From Octopus sinensis (Eukaryota): DNA of 64,000 nt. Made by a program: the position numbers and the translations under genes. Where the stretch lies: positions 1 through 64,000 of the forward strand of contig NW_021835477.1 in the NCBI RefSeq assembly GCF_006345805.1, given 5' to 3'. Positions 24,470 to 37,867 of the stretch are shown piece after piece (position 1 is the stretch's first letter; every line of letters begins with the position of its first letter). The notes under the pieces are model-generated. The model worked only from the letters and a program-made list of their open reading frames with translations, ran no database searches and was not told the DNA's origin.

Positions 24470-25510
24470 AGATTTTTGCAGTTCCAGTGATGGATTGGAT
24501 CTGAAGTCCTCAAATCAGCTTTCTCCTTTCTGGTTTTAAGAAGCCTAATTTCTCAAGATTGATATTTATGCAGTGTGTTACATATCCCAGGGCCCCAATA
24601 ATTACAGGTATAAAGCTGAACATGTAATCTGAATAGAGTAACTGCAGATTTCTCAATAGCTCAGCGTAGGTATGCACTCTTTCACTGATCTTCAGCTTTA
24701 TGTTAACATCTGCCGGTTAGCCGATTTCCACAACTTCACACAGTTTCTCTACCCTATCCCAAATCATTATATCAAATCTAGTGGAGGCGCAATGGCCCAG
24801 TGGTTAGGGAAGCGGACTCGCGGTCATAGGATCGCGGTTTCGATTCCCAGACCGGGCGTTGTGAGTGTTTATTGAGCGAAAACACCTAAAGCTCCACGAG
24901 GCTCCGGCAGGGGATGGTGGAGATCTCTGCTGTACTCTTTCACCACAACTTTCTCTCACTCTTACTTCCTGTTTCTGTTGTACCTGTATTTCAAAGGGCC
25001 GGCCTTGTCACTCTCTGTGTCACGCTGAATATCCCCGAGAACTACGTTAAGGGTACACGTGTCTGTGGAGTGCTCAGCCACTTACACGTTAATTTCACGA
25101 GCAGGCTGTTCCGTTGATTCGGATCAACAGGAACCCTCGTCGTCGTAACCGACGGAGTGCTTCCATCATATCAAATCTATTGCGTTTACATTTTATTGAG
25201 GTCTTCACTTGAATATTCCATCAGTACTCCTTTTTATTATGAGTGGCTATGGCTTCTACCATACTCTCGGTTCTTATTTCTTTGTCTTCGCGGTTTTCCT
25301 TTCGACGGATTTCGTTATACAGTGTCTTTGCTACATCATGTCTCATCGGTAGATAATGCCGTGAAGACATTTTCGGAGAACAGCTTTTGATGTGGGTGAT
25401 ATCCTCGGTGTTAACTAAACAAAATCTGCATCGGTAGTCATATTTCACGGCTTTTCCTGCATCCCTGTCTCTCTTTTGTGCATTGGGTATTTGGTCGATA
25501 TTTCTTGTTC
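24470..25510 (-). mobile_element. RLE-type (R4/Dong-like) non-LTR retrotransposon C-terminal fragment, split by a SINE
   Basis: CCHC-like CRFCLVNTEDITHIKSCSPKMSSRHYLPMRHD; RFDIMIWDRVEKLCEVVEI..PADVNIKLKISE (PD..D/E motif); FIPVIIGALG. Confidence 0.85.
24781..25167 (+). mobile_element. Full-length SINE family C with 12-bp TSD
   Basis: A box tggcccagtgg, B box ggtttcgattccc; TSD atatcaaatcta at 24769-24780 and 25168-25179. Confidence 0.9.
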
Positions 25511-25680
25511 TTGTATGCATGAATGTATGTATGTATGTATATAAGAAAAATGTTGACAGTGACTTCGAACGGGGACAAGTTTAACGTTAATATGTCACTG
25601 TATGTAAAAACCAACATTAATGCACGCATGCATACATGCGCATAAATATAATTATATGTATATATATATATATATATATA

Positions 25681-25711
<31 letters not shown>

Positions 25712-25756
25712 TATATGTATAATATATATATATATATATGTATATAGAATATATTA

Positions 25757-25800
<44 letters not shown>

Positions 25801-25810
25801 GATAATATAT

Positions 25811-25848
<38 letters not shown>

Positions 25849-25925
25849 GGAGAGTGAATATAGTGTGTGTATAGGACAGTGTATTGTCCTTGAAGTATGG
25901 GCGTACACTTCACGAATATGTACGA

Positions 25926-25977
<52 letters not shown>

Positions 25978-26974
25978 TCAATATTCCAACTAACTTATAA
26001 TACAGTTTAACGTTGTCAACAGCAACCACAAAAATCAGCATATTCATGTCTTATTTTTTTTCCCGCCTTCTCTGCTATCGTTTTCCCAAACATTAGTTTA
26101 AACGTAGCAGTTGAATTACTTACACGATCCATCATAACATCAGATGTGGAAATCTCTAAGCATCGGCAGAACTACTGCCAGACATCTCTTCTTCTTCTAC
26201 ATGTCAGTTTGTCAAATTACCATTATGTTCCTGATGCTCGGTGCCAATTACTTGATATATTAAACAGGGCTGCGAAATGGAATGACGTTGCCTCCCTCGG
26301 GTACTAATTTCCAGCCCACGTCACTTAGTGCACCACTATTATCATCTTCCCTCTCATTGCTTTCGTTTCTTCTCATGTAATCGTTCCTTCGCAGCCGACA
26401 GATCCAAGCAGGAAAAAATTAGGTGTTTTTTTCTTCACGTTTTGTTTGCTGCGAATAATCACTCTATTATCTCGGATCTTTTTAATCAATGTTTTTCCTT
26501 AGCGAAATAAATATGTGTTACGTATTGTATATTATATATTATTTAAGGAGAGCTGTGTTATTCGGCGATAAGCACTTTCGTTTCCTATTCACCGAAGAAA
26601 TCTTTGCAGAGTCGATCGACCTACTCCAACTGAAATAGCAGCTAAATTTCCATGAAGTCACATCCTACATTAGATAATGTCGCAGGCACCTAAGCAAAAA
26701 TGGGATAGTCACGAGTAGTGGGAAAACTCATTCAAATAAAAGGGGTTCTTGGTAGTGAAAATGTTGGGAACCTCTGTTATAGAGTGGTATTTAAAAGGGG
26801 CTTCGCACCTGTCTTAGCATTTCGAAATAATAATAATAATTGTCGCGCACATATGGTTGTGATGTATGTGCCTGGTGTACCCTTATCAGACGGGTAGTCA
26901 TGATGGGTATACTGGGCTTCGTATATTTTACCACAGTGTCACTTTGATGGCATGCACTGCTCTCTCAATATAAT

Positions 26975-27170
26975 AATAATAAATTTGATAAGCTCAGAAA
27001 ATATAAAGATTTGCAAATTGAAATCAAAAAGATGTGGCATCTCAAGACGGTTACAATACCAGTGGTTGTAGGAGCACTTGGAATGATCAAAAAAGGAACT
27101 GAAAATTATTTAAGAATGATCCCAGGCTAACCATCCACACAGGAACTGCAAAAGACTGTCCTCCCCACTT
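26975..27170 (+). mobile_element. RLE-type LINE 3' fragment
   Basis: KFDKLRKYKDLQIEIKKMWHLKTVTIPVVVGALGMIKKGTENYL...ELQKTVL. Confidence 0.8.
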
Positions 27171-27289
27171 TTGTTTTATTTATTTACTTTCATACTTTAA
27201 AAAATGTTTTTTTCCTTTTTCTCTGTCACATGACTTTGTAAATTAACAATCTGGTGTGTTTATTTTAATGGTCTACCAGTGTTCAACTG

Positions 27290-27425
27290 GTACTTATTTT
27301 ATCGATCCCGAAAAGATGAAAGGTAAAGTCGACCTCGGCGGAATTTGATCTCAGAACGTAGCGACGGGCGAAAAACCGCTAAGCATTTCGCCCAGCGCGC
27401 CAACGATTCTGCCAGATCGCCGCCT
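27290..27425 (-). mobile_element. SINE family A, 3'-truncated
   Basis: Matches family A head and core. Confidence 0.8.
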
Positions 27426-27462
27426 TAATAATAATAATAAAATAATAATAATAATAATAATA

Positions 27463-27493
<31 letters not shown>

Positions 27494-27494
27494 C

Positions 27495-27538
<44 letters not shown>

Positions 27539-27549
27539 TAATAATAAAG

Positions 27550-27895
27550 GCGAATGATAATTACAGGATTCTATGGGAATTCGTCATTGAAGCAAGGAAC
27601 CCAGATATGATTATAGAGGACAAAATCCTGTGTAAGATTATGGAGCTGATACCAAAAAGATTGAAAAATAAATTCAGAAATTATTAGGAATAATCCAAAA
27701 TAGTAAAGAGATTGTAAAAACCAAAGATGAAAATTATTCCTGTAGTAATTGGTGCATTTGGCACCACACCAAAGCTGCTACGTAAAACACCAAAAGATAC
27801 TGGAATTGAAGCGTGTATTGTTACTCTGCAGAAAGTGCCACCCTGTAATATGCAAGAATCCAGAGAAAGATTCTTGCAATTTCAGAAGAGTTCTC
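27550..27895 (+). mobile_element. RLE-type LINE 3' fragment
   Basis: NDNYRILWEFVIEARNPDMIIEDK...KMKIIPVVIGAFGTTPKLLRK...LQK. Confidence 0.8.
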
Positions 27896-27934
27896 TCCAA
27901 ATCTCAGGGGTCATAAAGCCTGAAATTGGTGGGT

Positions 27935-28273
27935 GGGGCACTCAAATGGTATTTATTTCATCGATCTCGAAAGGATGAAAGGCAAAGTCGACCTCGGCGG
28001 AATTTGAACTCAGAACGCAGAGACGGACGAAATACCTATTTCTATTTCTGTACTACCCACAAGGGGCCAAACACAGAGAGGACAAACGAGGACAGACAAA
28101 CGGATTAAGTCGATTATATCGACCCCAGTGCGTAACTGGTACTTATTTAATCGACCCCGAAAGGATGAAAGGCAAAGTCGACCTCGGCGGAATTTGAACT
28201 CAGAACGTAGCGGCAGACGAAATACCGCTAAGCGTTTCGCCCGGTGTGCTAACGATTCTGCCAGCTCGCCGCC

Positions 28274-28275
<2 letters not shown>
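27935..28275 (-). mobile_element. SINE family A head-to-tail dimer
   Basis: Full unit joined to a second unit at aaata|ggtatttcgtc (plus strand gacgaaatacctatttc, 28027-28043). Confidence 0.85.
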
Positions 28276-28322
<47 letters not shown>

Positions 28323-29069
28323 TGATGATGATGATGATGATGATGATTGAGGCTCAAGACAGTGATTTTGAGCGCATGCGTGTTGATTGATATCCTCGAC
28401 CACAGTACAAGCCTGGCACTCGAATTTTTATCGGACCCCCAAGGGATGAAAGGCAAAGTTGTCTTTAGCAAGATATGAACTCAGAATGTAAAGAGCCGAA
28501 ACAAATACCGCATGGCATTTTCCCCGACCCTTTAGCGACTCTGCCAAACCACAACCGCCATCACCACCACCACCACCACCACCACCACCACCACCACCGC
28601 CGCCACCACCACCACACTACCAAAACCACCACTACCACCACCACCGCAAATGCAAGCACCTAATATTAGTGATTATGTAATTTCTCTTCTCCTTTTTTCT
28701 CTTTCTCTGAGGGCTTTGTGTGTGTGTGTGTGTGCATGTGTGCGCTCACGCGTGCGTGTGCGCGTGTGATAAGGTTAAGAAAAAACTGAAGCGTTAGCAC
28801 CCCACCCCACCAATTCTACTGGCACCCATCCGTAGAAACAGTGCCGCAAGGTCTTCGCATTCTTCTATTCTGATAAATAACAGACAGAGAAGCGAAGTAA
28901 GAATCTCAGCAAAGGTTCCCCTGAGAATTCGAGGAAATAACTTGCTCCGCCTCTGCGATAACCCGGAATTTTACCAAAACTAAACAAATATCACAGCATC
29001 TCAGAGTGTTTGGGTTGCAGTTGGAAAGTACAGGAATTGTCTTGGGGTGTTGTGACTTAGTGGATTAGT

Positions 29070-29300
29070 GGCTAGGGTGTTGCATTTATGGTTGTTCTAT
29101 CGTGGTTTCGATTCCCGGGCCGATCAGTGAATTGTCTTCTTGAGCAAGACACTTCATTTCACGTTGCACCAGTCCACTCAGCTGTAAATGGTTCACCCTT
29201 CGATAGACAGGTGTCTCGTTCAGCGGGGAACGTTGTGATCTCGGCTACACCTACGCCATGAAAACTGGGCAACCGGCCCTATGAGTTCAAGGGCACGAGA
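29070..29300 (+). mobile_element. tRNA-derived SINE (head and core)
   Basis: agtggctaggg...gtggtttcgattcccgg...cttgagcaagacacttcatttcacgttgcaccagtccactcagctg. Confidence 0.75.
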
Positions 29301-30391
29301 CAATAATGTCCAGGGACTAATGTTGATGTTGATGATGATGGTGATGATGTGTACGTGTATGTATATGTGTGCGTGGGTCATCAGTACCACGGACGCGGTT
29401 TCGGTTTCCGCTTATGAACCTTTTCACATAATTTATGTATCCAATGCACTTTTACTCCTTAGCCAGGGAAGGGGCAGCGCCCTTTCGTTATGTCAGAGCC
29501 CTTAAAAGTGGTAGGAGAAAAGGAGGACGTTATCCTCAAACTGGTGACTTAGTTCCAATTCCTGGCAACACATTAATATCTGCGATAGATACTGAAGGAC
29601 CAAGAAATGGTGTTATAATGAGTAACAGATTAAGTCTGAAACCCAAGAACTGAGGAAGCAGTAGGGCCAGAGCAGATCTCACAAGGCATCTTGTCCAATT
29701 TTCTAACAATTATTGCGATGTGAATATCGTGTGCGGTCATAAAAATCTTTCACTTTCATAAAAGTGATTTTAATGCCGTTAATATTTTTGTATGAAAAAT
29801 TTTGAGATTTCTTTGTGTGTGTGTGGTGTGTGTGTGTGTGTGTGTGTGATATTTATAAAATTTGTTTTAACGTATGATGTGTCTGTATTTAAATACATTC
29901 TGTGCGGACCTATGGTTTTCAGAAGGGAGATAATAACTATGCTTCCGACTTTGTCATTATTAATGTTATTTTCCTTGTAAAATCGTGTGTCCCCATACAT
30001 GACCGAGAAAAGTGGAACATGAAAATTATCCTCAATATCTTTAGCATTTCTTTCCCTTTCTTCTTCCGTAACTCTCTCAGCAGTGATTGTTGAAAGACCC
30101 TGAATTTCAAGATTTTCATCCCTAAACCATATGCATTTTTTTCTTCATATTTCCAGTGAAATATCCAGTCAGTCACACATCAAGGTGACTGCATTATTGT
30201 CTTGTTCGTGTTGAGTACTTTAGGTTCACCCGAAAGACATATCTCAATTTACGTCATCACAACTATGGAAGGCAGACAATGAAGACAAACTTTTGTAGAA
30301 TTTAATCGTCACCATATCAACTTTTCTTAATTTATCGCACGGTCTTCATTTCTTTCCTGTATTTTCTGAACATAAAGGACATAAACACCGG

Positions 30392-30804
30392 ATCTTTTCG
30401 GTTTGACCGGCAGTTTTTAACATAATTTCTAGGTAACTAAAAAATTTTAAACTTCGTATACTGATAGAATGTGTTTATAAGACATCGTTTTCTCTTGGCT
30501 TTATTGAGAACATTCTACGGTTTGTAAGATATTTGTTTTGTTTTTTTTCAATTTCTGCAATTTCAACCAATCACTGACGTCTATTGAGGTAAAAAAACAT
30601 TCTGTGCCGTATGAATATGTCCCTCTTTAAGAAACAGATTGGGTTATTTACATTTGGGAATAAAAAAAGATGCCCTTTTCCCCACCCCTAAACCCTAACC
30701 CTAAAACAGATTGAAATGCAATAGATCGATACTAGGGTCATAATTATGGGTGACAATTTCATATGACACCGCTAGAAAAAAACTGCTGTTCAAACCGAAA
30801 AGAT
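30392..30804. mobile_element. MITE with about 27-bp TIRs
   Basis: atcttttcggtttgaccggcagttttt ... aaaaaactgctgttcaaaccgaaaagat; internal cctaaaccctaaccctaa. Confidence 0.8.
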
Positions 30805-31489
30805 ACTAAACACCTACTCCTTCCCTCACTTTGGTCCCCTAAAAATTCCAGATGAAACGTTATATTTTTTCGAATCCTTCTTCGTTGTGCCCTTTCTTGT
30901 TTGTCCGACTGCATCAAACACAACCCCATCAAACAAATCACCAAGTTTTCCCTCTCAAAGTTAGTTCCTTATTCACTGAAACAAATTAGCCTGGTTTCTT
31001 TTTAGAGCCAAAATGTCTCCCATTTATAAATAAGCTATTTGTTGCTGCATCTCAATGGTTTTTAAGTTTATCTAACACGACAACCATTGCATAATTTCGA
31101 ACCCTCTTGTTTAATGGACGAAGTTTTTCAAAACTCGATCCGTTTGTTAATATTAAACTTCCTGGCCTGCAACGCATCTCTTGTGATACGGCTTCCAACT
31201 ATTTCTTCTGCCGGATCGTGTTTTTCTCAGATACATGCTTTGCTCGCTTTAGCACGGCACATTTAAAGGCAATCTACTTCTAGCTTAACAGTTATTGCAT
31301 ATCCGAAAAATATGATTGAAGCAATTATCACAAAAAGCATGTTCACATCATAGGAAATGGAGAAAAAAATCTAACATTCACCTAAATTTATGAGAACTGC
31401 AAGATTAATTTGTAAAATTCGACCATTCTATAATGCATAAGCTTGTCATATATTATATATATAATATATATATCTATATATATAAAATG

Positions 31490-32301
31490 AATGTTTTTAT
31501 ATATAATGAACGTGACATCAGGAAGGACGAACACGGAACACAGACAAATCATTGAAGCTTCAATCTTCAGTCAGACACCGAATCATCATAGCAAATTTCG
31601 GCTGTTCAATTCTGATATTTGCTCCAACTCGGCCAGCCCCAGAAAAAAAACTAAGCTGTAAGCATTAGATTCTTGGTAGAGAAACAGGAATGTGAACGCA
31701 CAAGACGATGTGAATACAGAGACGAAATAAATTGAAACTAATGAAAAACAAAATATATATAACGGTTGGTTGTCATACGACTTTAGACCAAATGAGACAA
31801 AACAACAACAACATAGCAGCTGGCGTAGAAATAATTACCGTTTCGGTACGGGACACATTTGGTCGAGATACGAAGGCCAACAGAATGTTTGAAGAAGCAG
31901 CAGGTCGCAGGAGAGATGAAAGAGAACAGAGAGAGAGGGACCAAAGAGGGTGGAAGGCAGGGGACAGAATCAGTGACCAAGAGAGAAGGAGAAAAAAGGG
32001 ATTAAGGAGGATGGGAGGAAGAGAGGGGAATAATCGAGGGCGCCAAAATTTTGGTGAAGAAGGCAATGGCGGTAGTAAAAGACAGTGTGTATAGAAGTCG
32101 TGCGGGTTTAAAATTGGACAAACAAGGGGGGGGTGCACGTAACGCCGCAATATATAAGAATAATGTTTTTATATATAATGAACGTAAATACAGGAAGGAC
32201 GAACACGGAACACAGACAAATCATTCGAAGCCTTCAATCTTCAGTCAGACACCGAATCATCATAGCAAATTTCGGCTGTTCAATTCTGATATTTTCTCCA
32301 A
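31490..32301 (-). mobile_element. Element with two ~135-bp direct repeats (pLTR-like), probably Penelope-related
   Basis: Direct repeats at 31490-31628 and 32162-32301, each with a decayed CTGAAGA...GAA core on the minus strand. Confidence 0.5.
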
Positions 32302-32578
32302 TATATATATATATATGCATATATATATATATATTATATATATATATATATAATATACATAATATATACATATGTATACCACACATACACACACATATAT
32401 ATGAATGTATATAAATATACATATATATATATCGATTGATAGAAGATAATAGATAAATATATATACATATATATAATATATATGCATATATATATATATA
32501 TGTATATATATGTCTCCACACAACACCCATGCATATATGTTATATATACGTACATGTACATATCTATATATATATATA

Positions 32579-32669
<91 letters not shown>

Positions 32670-32805
32670 ATATGAAGTTCTAAGTTTTTCTTTGGGTTGT
32701 TATTATTCTCCATGTTATGTATCAATGGTTCAGACAATTTTGCTCCATACGTTTAGCGTCTCGTTCTGTTTTGTTCTATAATTTTTGAGGGAGCAATATC
32801 TTTTT

Positions 32806-32874
<69 letters not shown>

Positions 32875-34061
32875 CCTTTTGCAGATATTTCTTGGTTTTG
32901 TTGATACTATTCTTTGACATCTGGCTTTGTTGCTATAGGCTTTATACAGTTCTGTTTGTAATCGATGTTTGTAACTGTTTTGAAGATATTACGATAATGT
33001 TTTGCTCCTGTTACACGTTTGTTAATTCTCAGGCAGAGTTTATGTTTTTAACACTGAGGACATTGCCCTGTTGACATTGCCGGTTTGAATGCTACTGCCT
33101 AAGTGTCGAAATTCTAGTGATATCTCTTAGGCAGATGATGACAGGAATATATTTTTGGCATGCTTATACCTTGTATCTCGTGGTACCGTTGCTCTGAGCT
33201 GCCCGTCATTCTCGTAATGCTGAACTGGTTAAAGGCTTCCCGGTTTACGATGGTTGTGTTGTTTAAGAATATCTTCATTGGTTGCCGAACTATGCAAGGA
33301 TAATACCTAACTAGGGGTTTCTAGTTTTGGGAGATCTTGTGACTCTTTCTTCTACACAAGATGCAATAAACGGAACGAAAGTCTGCTGAAAGAAGTCATA
33401 TTTCTGAGGAATTTAAATAAAGGAACCGATAAAATTTGGCCGCTGGCTTGATCAAAGATTTGAGATCACCCATCCTCGATGAAGGGGGCTAAATATTGGT
33501 CAAGCGATCTATTTTGCATTGAAAGGTTTCTGGCGATTTTGACACGAAATGCAAAGTAAGGCCACTCAACGTTGAAAACACATGAAATCGGGGAGTTCCG
33601 AATTTTAAATTTCAACTTCTTCATCAGAGTTCAAATATAGTGTTTATAGAAAATGCTGAATACATAAAGTGCATGGTGTAATCAAGTGTTGTCTTTACGG
33701 CTGTTTCACATAATCGATAACTGGTTGATAGGACCATGCATACTATGCAAGAATGTCCAATATTGAGTGAATATTGTAGTTTTTCACATACAAAAAGGAA
33801 AAATATATCAACGAGCACGTATTTCCATGGCTCCATGTAACAAAGTCACGATATTCTCATCAGGAGAGTCGGCAAAAAAATTGTTTATACAACTTTTCAT
33901 ATAAATATATTCCTTACGCCTGCCATTGATCATCTGTCTTTCTACTTTAAAATACTTTATATATATGAGTGTGTATGTGTGTGTATGTGTGTTTGCGTGT
34001 GTGTGTTGGGAGAGATAGGCAATTAGGTAATGAACGATAAATTCAAAAACAAAAAGAACAA

Positions 34062-34114
34062 AAAGTCACATTGATCGAAAGTTCACATTGATCGAAAGTT
34101 CACATTGATCGAAA
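34062..34114. repeat. 18-bp tandem repeat x3
   Basis: aaagttcacattgatcga units. Confidence 0.9.
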
Positions 34115-34699
34115 GACCTTGCATGAACACGTCATGATCACTTGCTAACAGGTTTCAGTTAAAATAACAGGGCTCGTAGGGTCGTCTATCCTGTTTTCTT
34201 TTGACTTCATATGTCCCTTTTTGTTCGCGTATTCTTGTAAATAATTCGATTTCATTCACATGACCCCAAATCATGTTGTATTGTCCCCATCTGTGTAAGC
34301 CCTTATGGGTAATAAAGAAATACGTTATTAGTTTGGCGCTTGGTGACATTTATAAAAAAATAACAAGTTGGGAGTAAAAATATGACGTTCTGAGCATAGC
34401 ATTGCATCGAACAGGGGGAGAAAATCCAGAGGAGAGGAAGAAAGGGGAGATAAGAACGGAGGGTCAGGAGAAAAGCACGTGGGTAGCTATAAGATCGGAA
34501 AATACATATGTGCGTGTGTTTATGTATAAATCAGTATAAGCATGTATATACATGTATATATAAATGTGTGTGTATCATCGACCCTATCATATCACTGACT
34601 CCTTCACTTGCACTTCTAGCAACGTCATCTACTGCATCTCCTGCTCTCTCTGTCCTGTTCTATACATTGGTGTATGTGTATGTGTGTGTGTGTGTGTGC

Positions 34700-34900
34700 G
34701 TGTGTTCGTCTCCACCGCCGCTTGACATCCGATGTTGGTTTATTTACGTCCCCGTTAACTTAGCGGTTCGACAAGGACAACATAGAATAAGTATCAGGCA
34801 TTTAAAAAAATTAAGTGATCAATTTTTTCGCCTGAAAATTCTTGAAGACGGTGCCCCAGCATGGCCACAGTCTGATGACTGAAACAAGTCACAGATAAAA
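34700..34900 (+). mobile_element. SINE family B 3' half
   Basis: ccgcttgacatccgatgttggtttatttacgtccccgttaacttagcggttcg...ccagcatggccacagtc. Confidence 0.8.
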
Positions 34901-34942
34901 GGCACACAAACACACAGACACACACACACACACGCACACACA

Positions 34943-34984
<42 letters not shown>

Positions 34985-35116
34985 TAAACACTGATAAACA
35001 TAGGAACGTTACATATATATATACATACGCTGTTTGTTTCCGTATGAATTTATTTATAGATAAGTGAATGCATACGCACACATACATACACTTACACACA
35101 CAACACACACACACAC

Positions 35117-35186
<70 letters not shown>

Positions 35187-35373
35187 GTGCCAATCTATGT
35201 ATACATATATATAAATATAAGCATTCGGTGTCTGTTCGCCTCTGTAAATAAATACACACACACACAGGTATAAATGTATGGAAACCAATTCCAGGTATGC
35301 ATGCACACGCCGACATGCGCGCGCATCCACACTCTTATATATATATATATGTGCGTGTATGCATGTGTATGTG

Positions 35374-35430
<57 letters not shown>

Positions 35431-35581
35431 CATGTAGACAGACGCTCTACGAACCGACAGACACGCAAACACAGACATAGACTCGCTCTCAGACGTGCAC
35501 GCCTCGTTGCTGCTGCTGCACTCTCGTAGTTTTCTGTACTTGATGATGCACTCGTGTAGATTTACAGACACACACACACAG

Positions 35582-35618
<37 letters not shown>

Positions 35619-36269
35619 GATATAGATATAAATATATCGCACACACACACACGCACATGTAGAGACAGCCATTTATACACACACAAATCAGAGGACTGCT
35701 GCCTAGCACTTCACAATGTTATACACACACACACAAGCACACGCATACATACACGCACGCACGCAAGTACGCCCGCTCACTCACTCACACACATTCATAA
35801 ACACGTGCACATAAACACACGCCTACACATATGCTCACACACACACGCACACACACCCACACACACACACGAATACACACACACACACACAGATACACAT
35901 ACACAAACACCAGTGCAAATAACTGCACACACGGCGAGTTGAAGCGGCAACTACAATAGCGATAAGCACCCCCCCACACACACACATACACAACAACACG
36001 CACTCACACACACGTACGCGCACACACACACACGCACTCACACACACGCACTCACACACACGCACACACACGTTAATGTTTGTTTTTTATGTTCCGTTAT
36101 TATAAAAACAATTTTACATTAACGTAATCGGTTCATCTATACTTTTTTAGTTGAGTACAAAAAATTATCATTATTCTTACACAAGAATGTTGTTGACAGT
36201 GACTTCGAAGTGCCGGCGAGTTCAGCCATCGTCGGACCGCGATGCATTAAAGTTAGTCCTTTGTGAACA

Positions 36270-36415
36270 TCAAAACAGTTGGGTGCTTAGCGGTTCGGCA
36301 AAAGACACCGATAGAATAAACACAAGGCTTACAAGGAATAACTGCTGGGGTCGATTTGTTCGACTAAAGGCGGTACTGCACCATGGCCGCAGTCAAATGA
36401 CTGAAGCAAGTAAAA
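36270..36415 (+). mobile_element. SINE family B 3' fragment
   Basis: ttagcggttcggcaaaagacaccgatagaataa...ccatggccgcagtcaaatgactgaa. Confidence 0.8.
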
Positions 36416-37140
36416 CAGGGGTTCTCAACCATTTTTTTTTAATATATGGACCCCCTTAATTGCTATTTTATGCTGGTGGACTCTCATAGCCTTTCGATGT
36501 TTATAAACTAGTTTTATAAAAAATTCTTTCAAAATTCTCAGTTTGTTTTTTACATGTTAACTTGTGTTGGTTGAAAAATGTAAAATTCTAGAGAAAGAAT
36601 CGGCGCTGTTTCTTGCAATACAAACCGTGGCACTCCGTCGGTTACGACGACGACGGTTCCAGTTGATCCGATCAACGGAACAGCCTGCTCCTGAAATTAA
36701 CGTGCAAGTGGCTGAGGACTCCACAGACACGTGTACCCTTAACGTAGTTCTCGGGAGAGATTCAGCGTGACACAGAGTGTGACAAAGCTGGCCCTTTGAA
36801 ATAGCGGTACGACAGAAACAGGAGGAAAGAGTGTGAGAAAGTTGTAGTGAAAGAGTATAGCAGGGTTCGATACTACACCCTTGCTGGAGCCTCGTGGAGC
36901 TTTAGGTGTTTTCGTTCAATAAACACTTCGATTCCCGGTCTGGGAATCGAAACCGCGATCCCTAACCACTGAGTCATTGCGCTTCCACACTACATACCAA
37001 TACATACATCTAAAACGACATTTTTTCAAGGGCCCTTAAAATACTATTGTGGATCCCTAATTCATTATTTTGTTGCGTGGACCCCACAAAATCTTATAAG
37101 GACCCTCAGGGGCCATAAGGACCCCTGCTGAGAACCATTG
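36416..37140. mobile_element. hAT-type MITE containing a nested SINE
   Basis: Ends caggggttctcaac / gctgagaaccattg; imperfect 8-bp flank repeat aagtaaaa/aaaaaaaa. Confidence 0.65.
36625..36985 (-). mobile_element. SINE family C, near full length
   Basis: Colinear with the 24781-25167 copy in reverse orientation. Confidence 0.85.
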
Positions 37141-37819
37141 AAAAAAAATAACAAAGCCATGACATGCCTGACCAATAATCCCCCCACACCCCACCTTACA
37201 AATGAAAACAACAAACACCCTAAATAACAAATAAAGAACAACAAATAAACATATGACCAGCCAAAACGTTGGCGGGTGGTAACCACCCGGCTGCATTCTT
37301 TAATGAAAAAGAAGTTGACACACCTACATATTAAGGGCTTAAAGACTAGACTTTGTGCCTTTAACTTTTAAAATTCTCAAAAGCATAAGGATCAAATCCA
37401 ATTATACCAAAAATAACAAAAATACTGTCACATTCTAACAAAAGACAAAGCACCAACACACTTGTCTACGAAGTTCTACGGACACGAATGAATTCTAAAC
37501 AATAACGTAACCTCAGATCTAATCAATAAAAATTTCTCCAAAACACCTCTCCTTAACAATCCACCCAAAAATCTAATGACCACTCCACCCAAACCCACCC
37601 CCACACGCGAAGGTGGTTTTGACTCAACAGAGACTACATGAAGACAAGGTTACTTTAATGCATCGCAGTCCGCTGAACGATGGCGTAAATGGCCGAAATT
37701 CGAAGTCACTATCAACAACATTCTTATTTATGCATACATATGTATGTGTATGCATATATATAGAGATGTATATATTATGCATATGTATATATGCACATAT
37801 AGATACATATATATGCATA

Positions 37820-37867
<48 letters not shown>

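Noticed and set aside
30685-30705. Interstitial telomere
   Set aside because: Only 2-3 degenerate CCCTAA units, inside a MITE.
33050-33125. CTGAGGA...GAAA hammerhead
   Set aside because: Helix II pairing is out of register with the core; helix I is absent.
37140-37620. Mitochondrial insertion (numt), suggested by strong A/C skew
   Set aside because: No recognisable mitochondrial gene, rRNA or tRNA in any frame.
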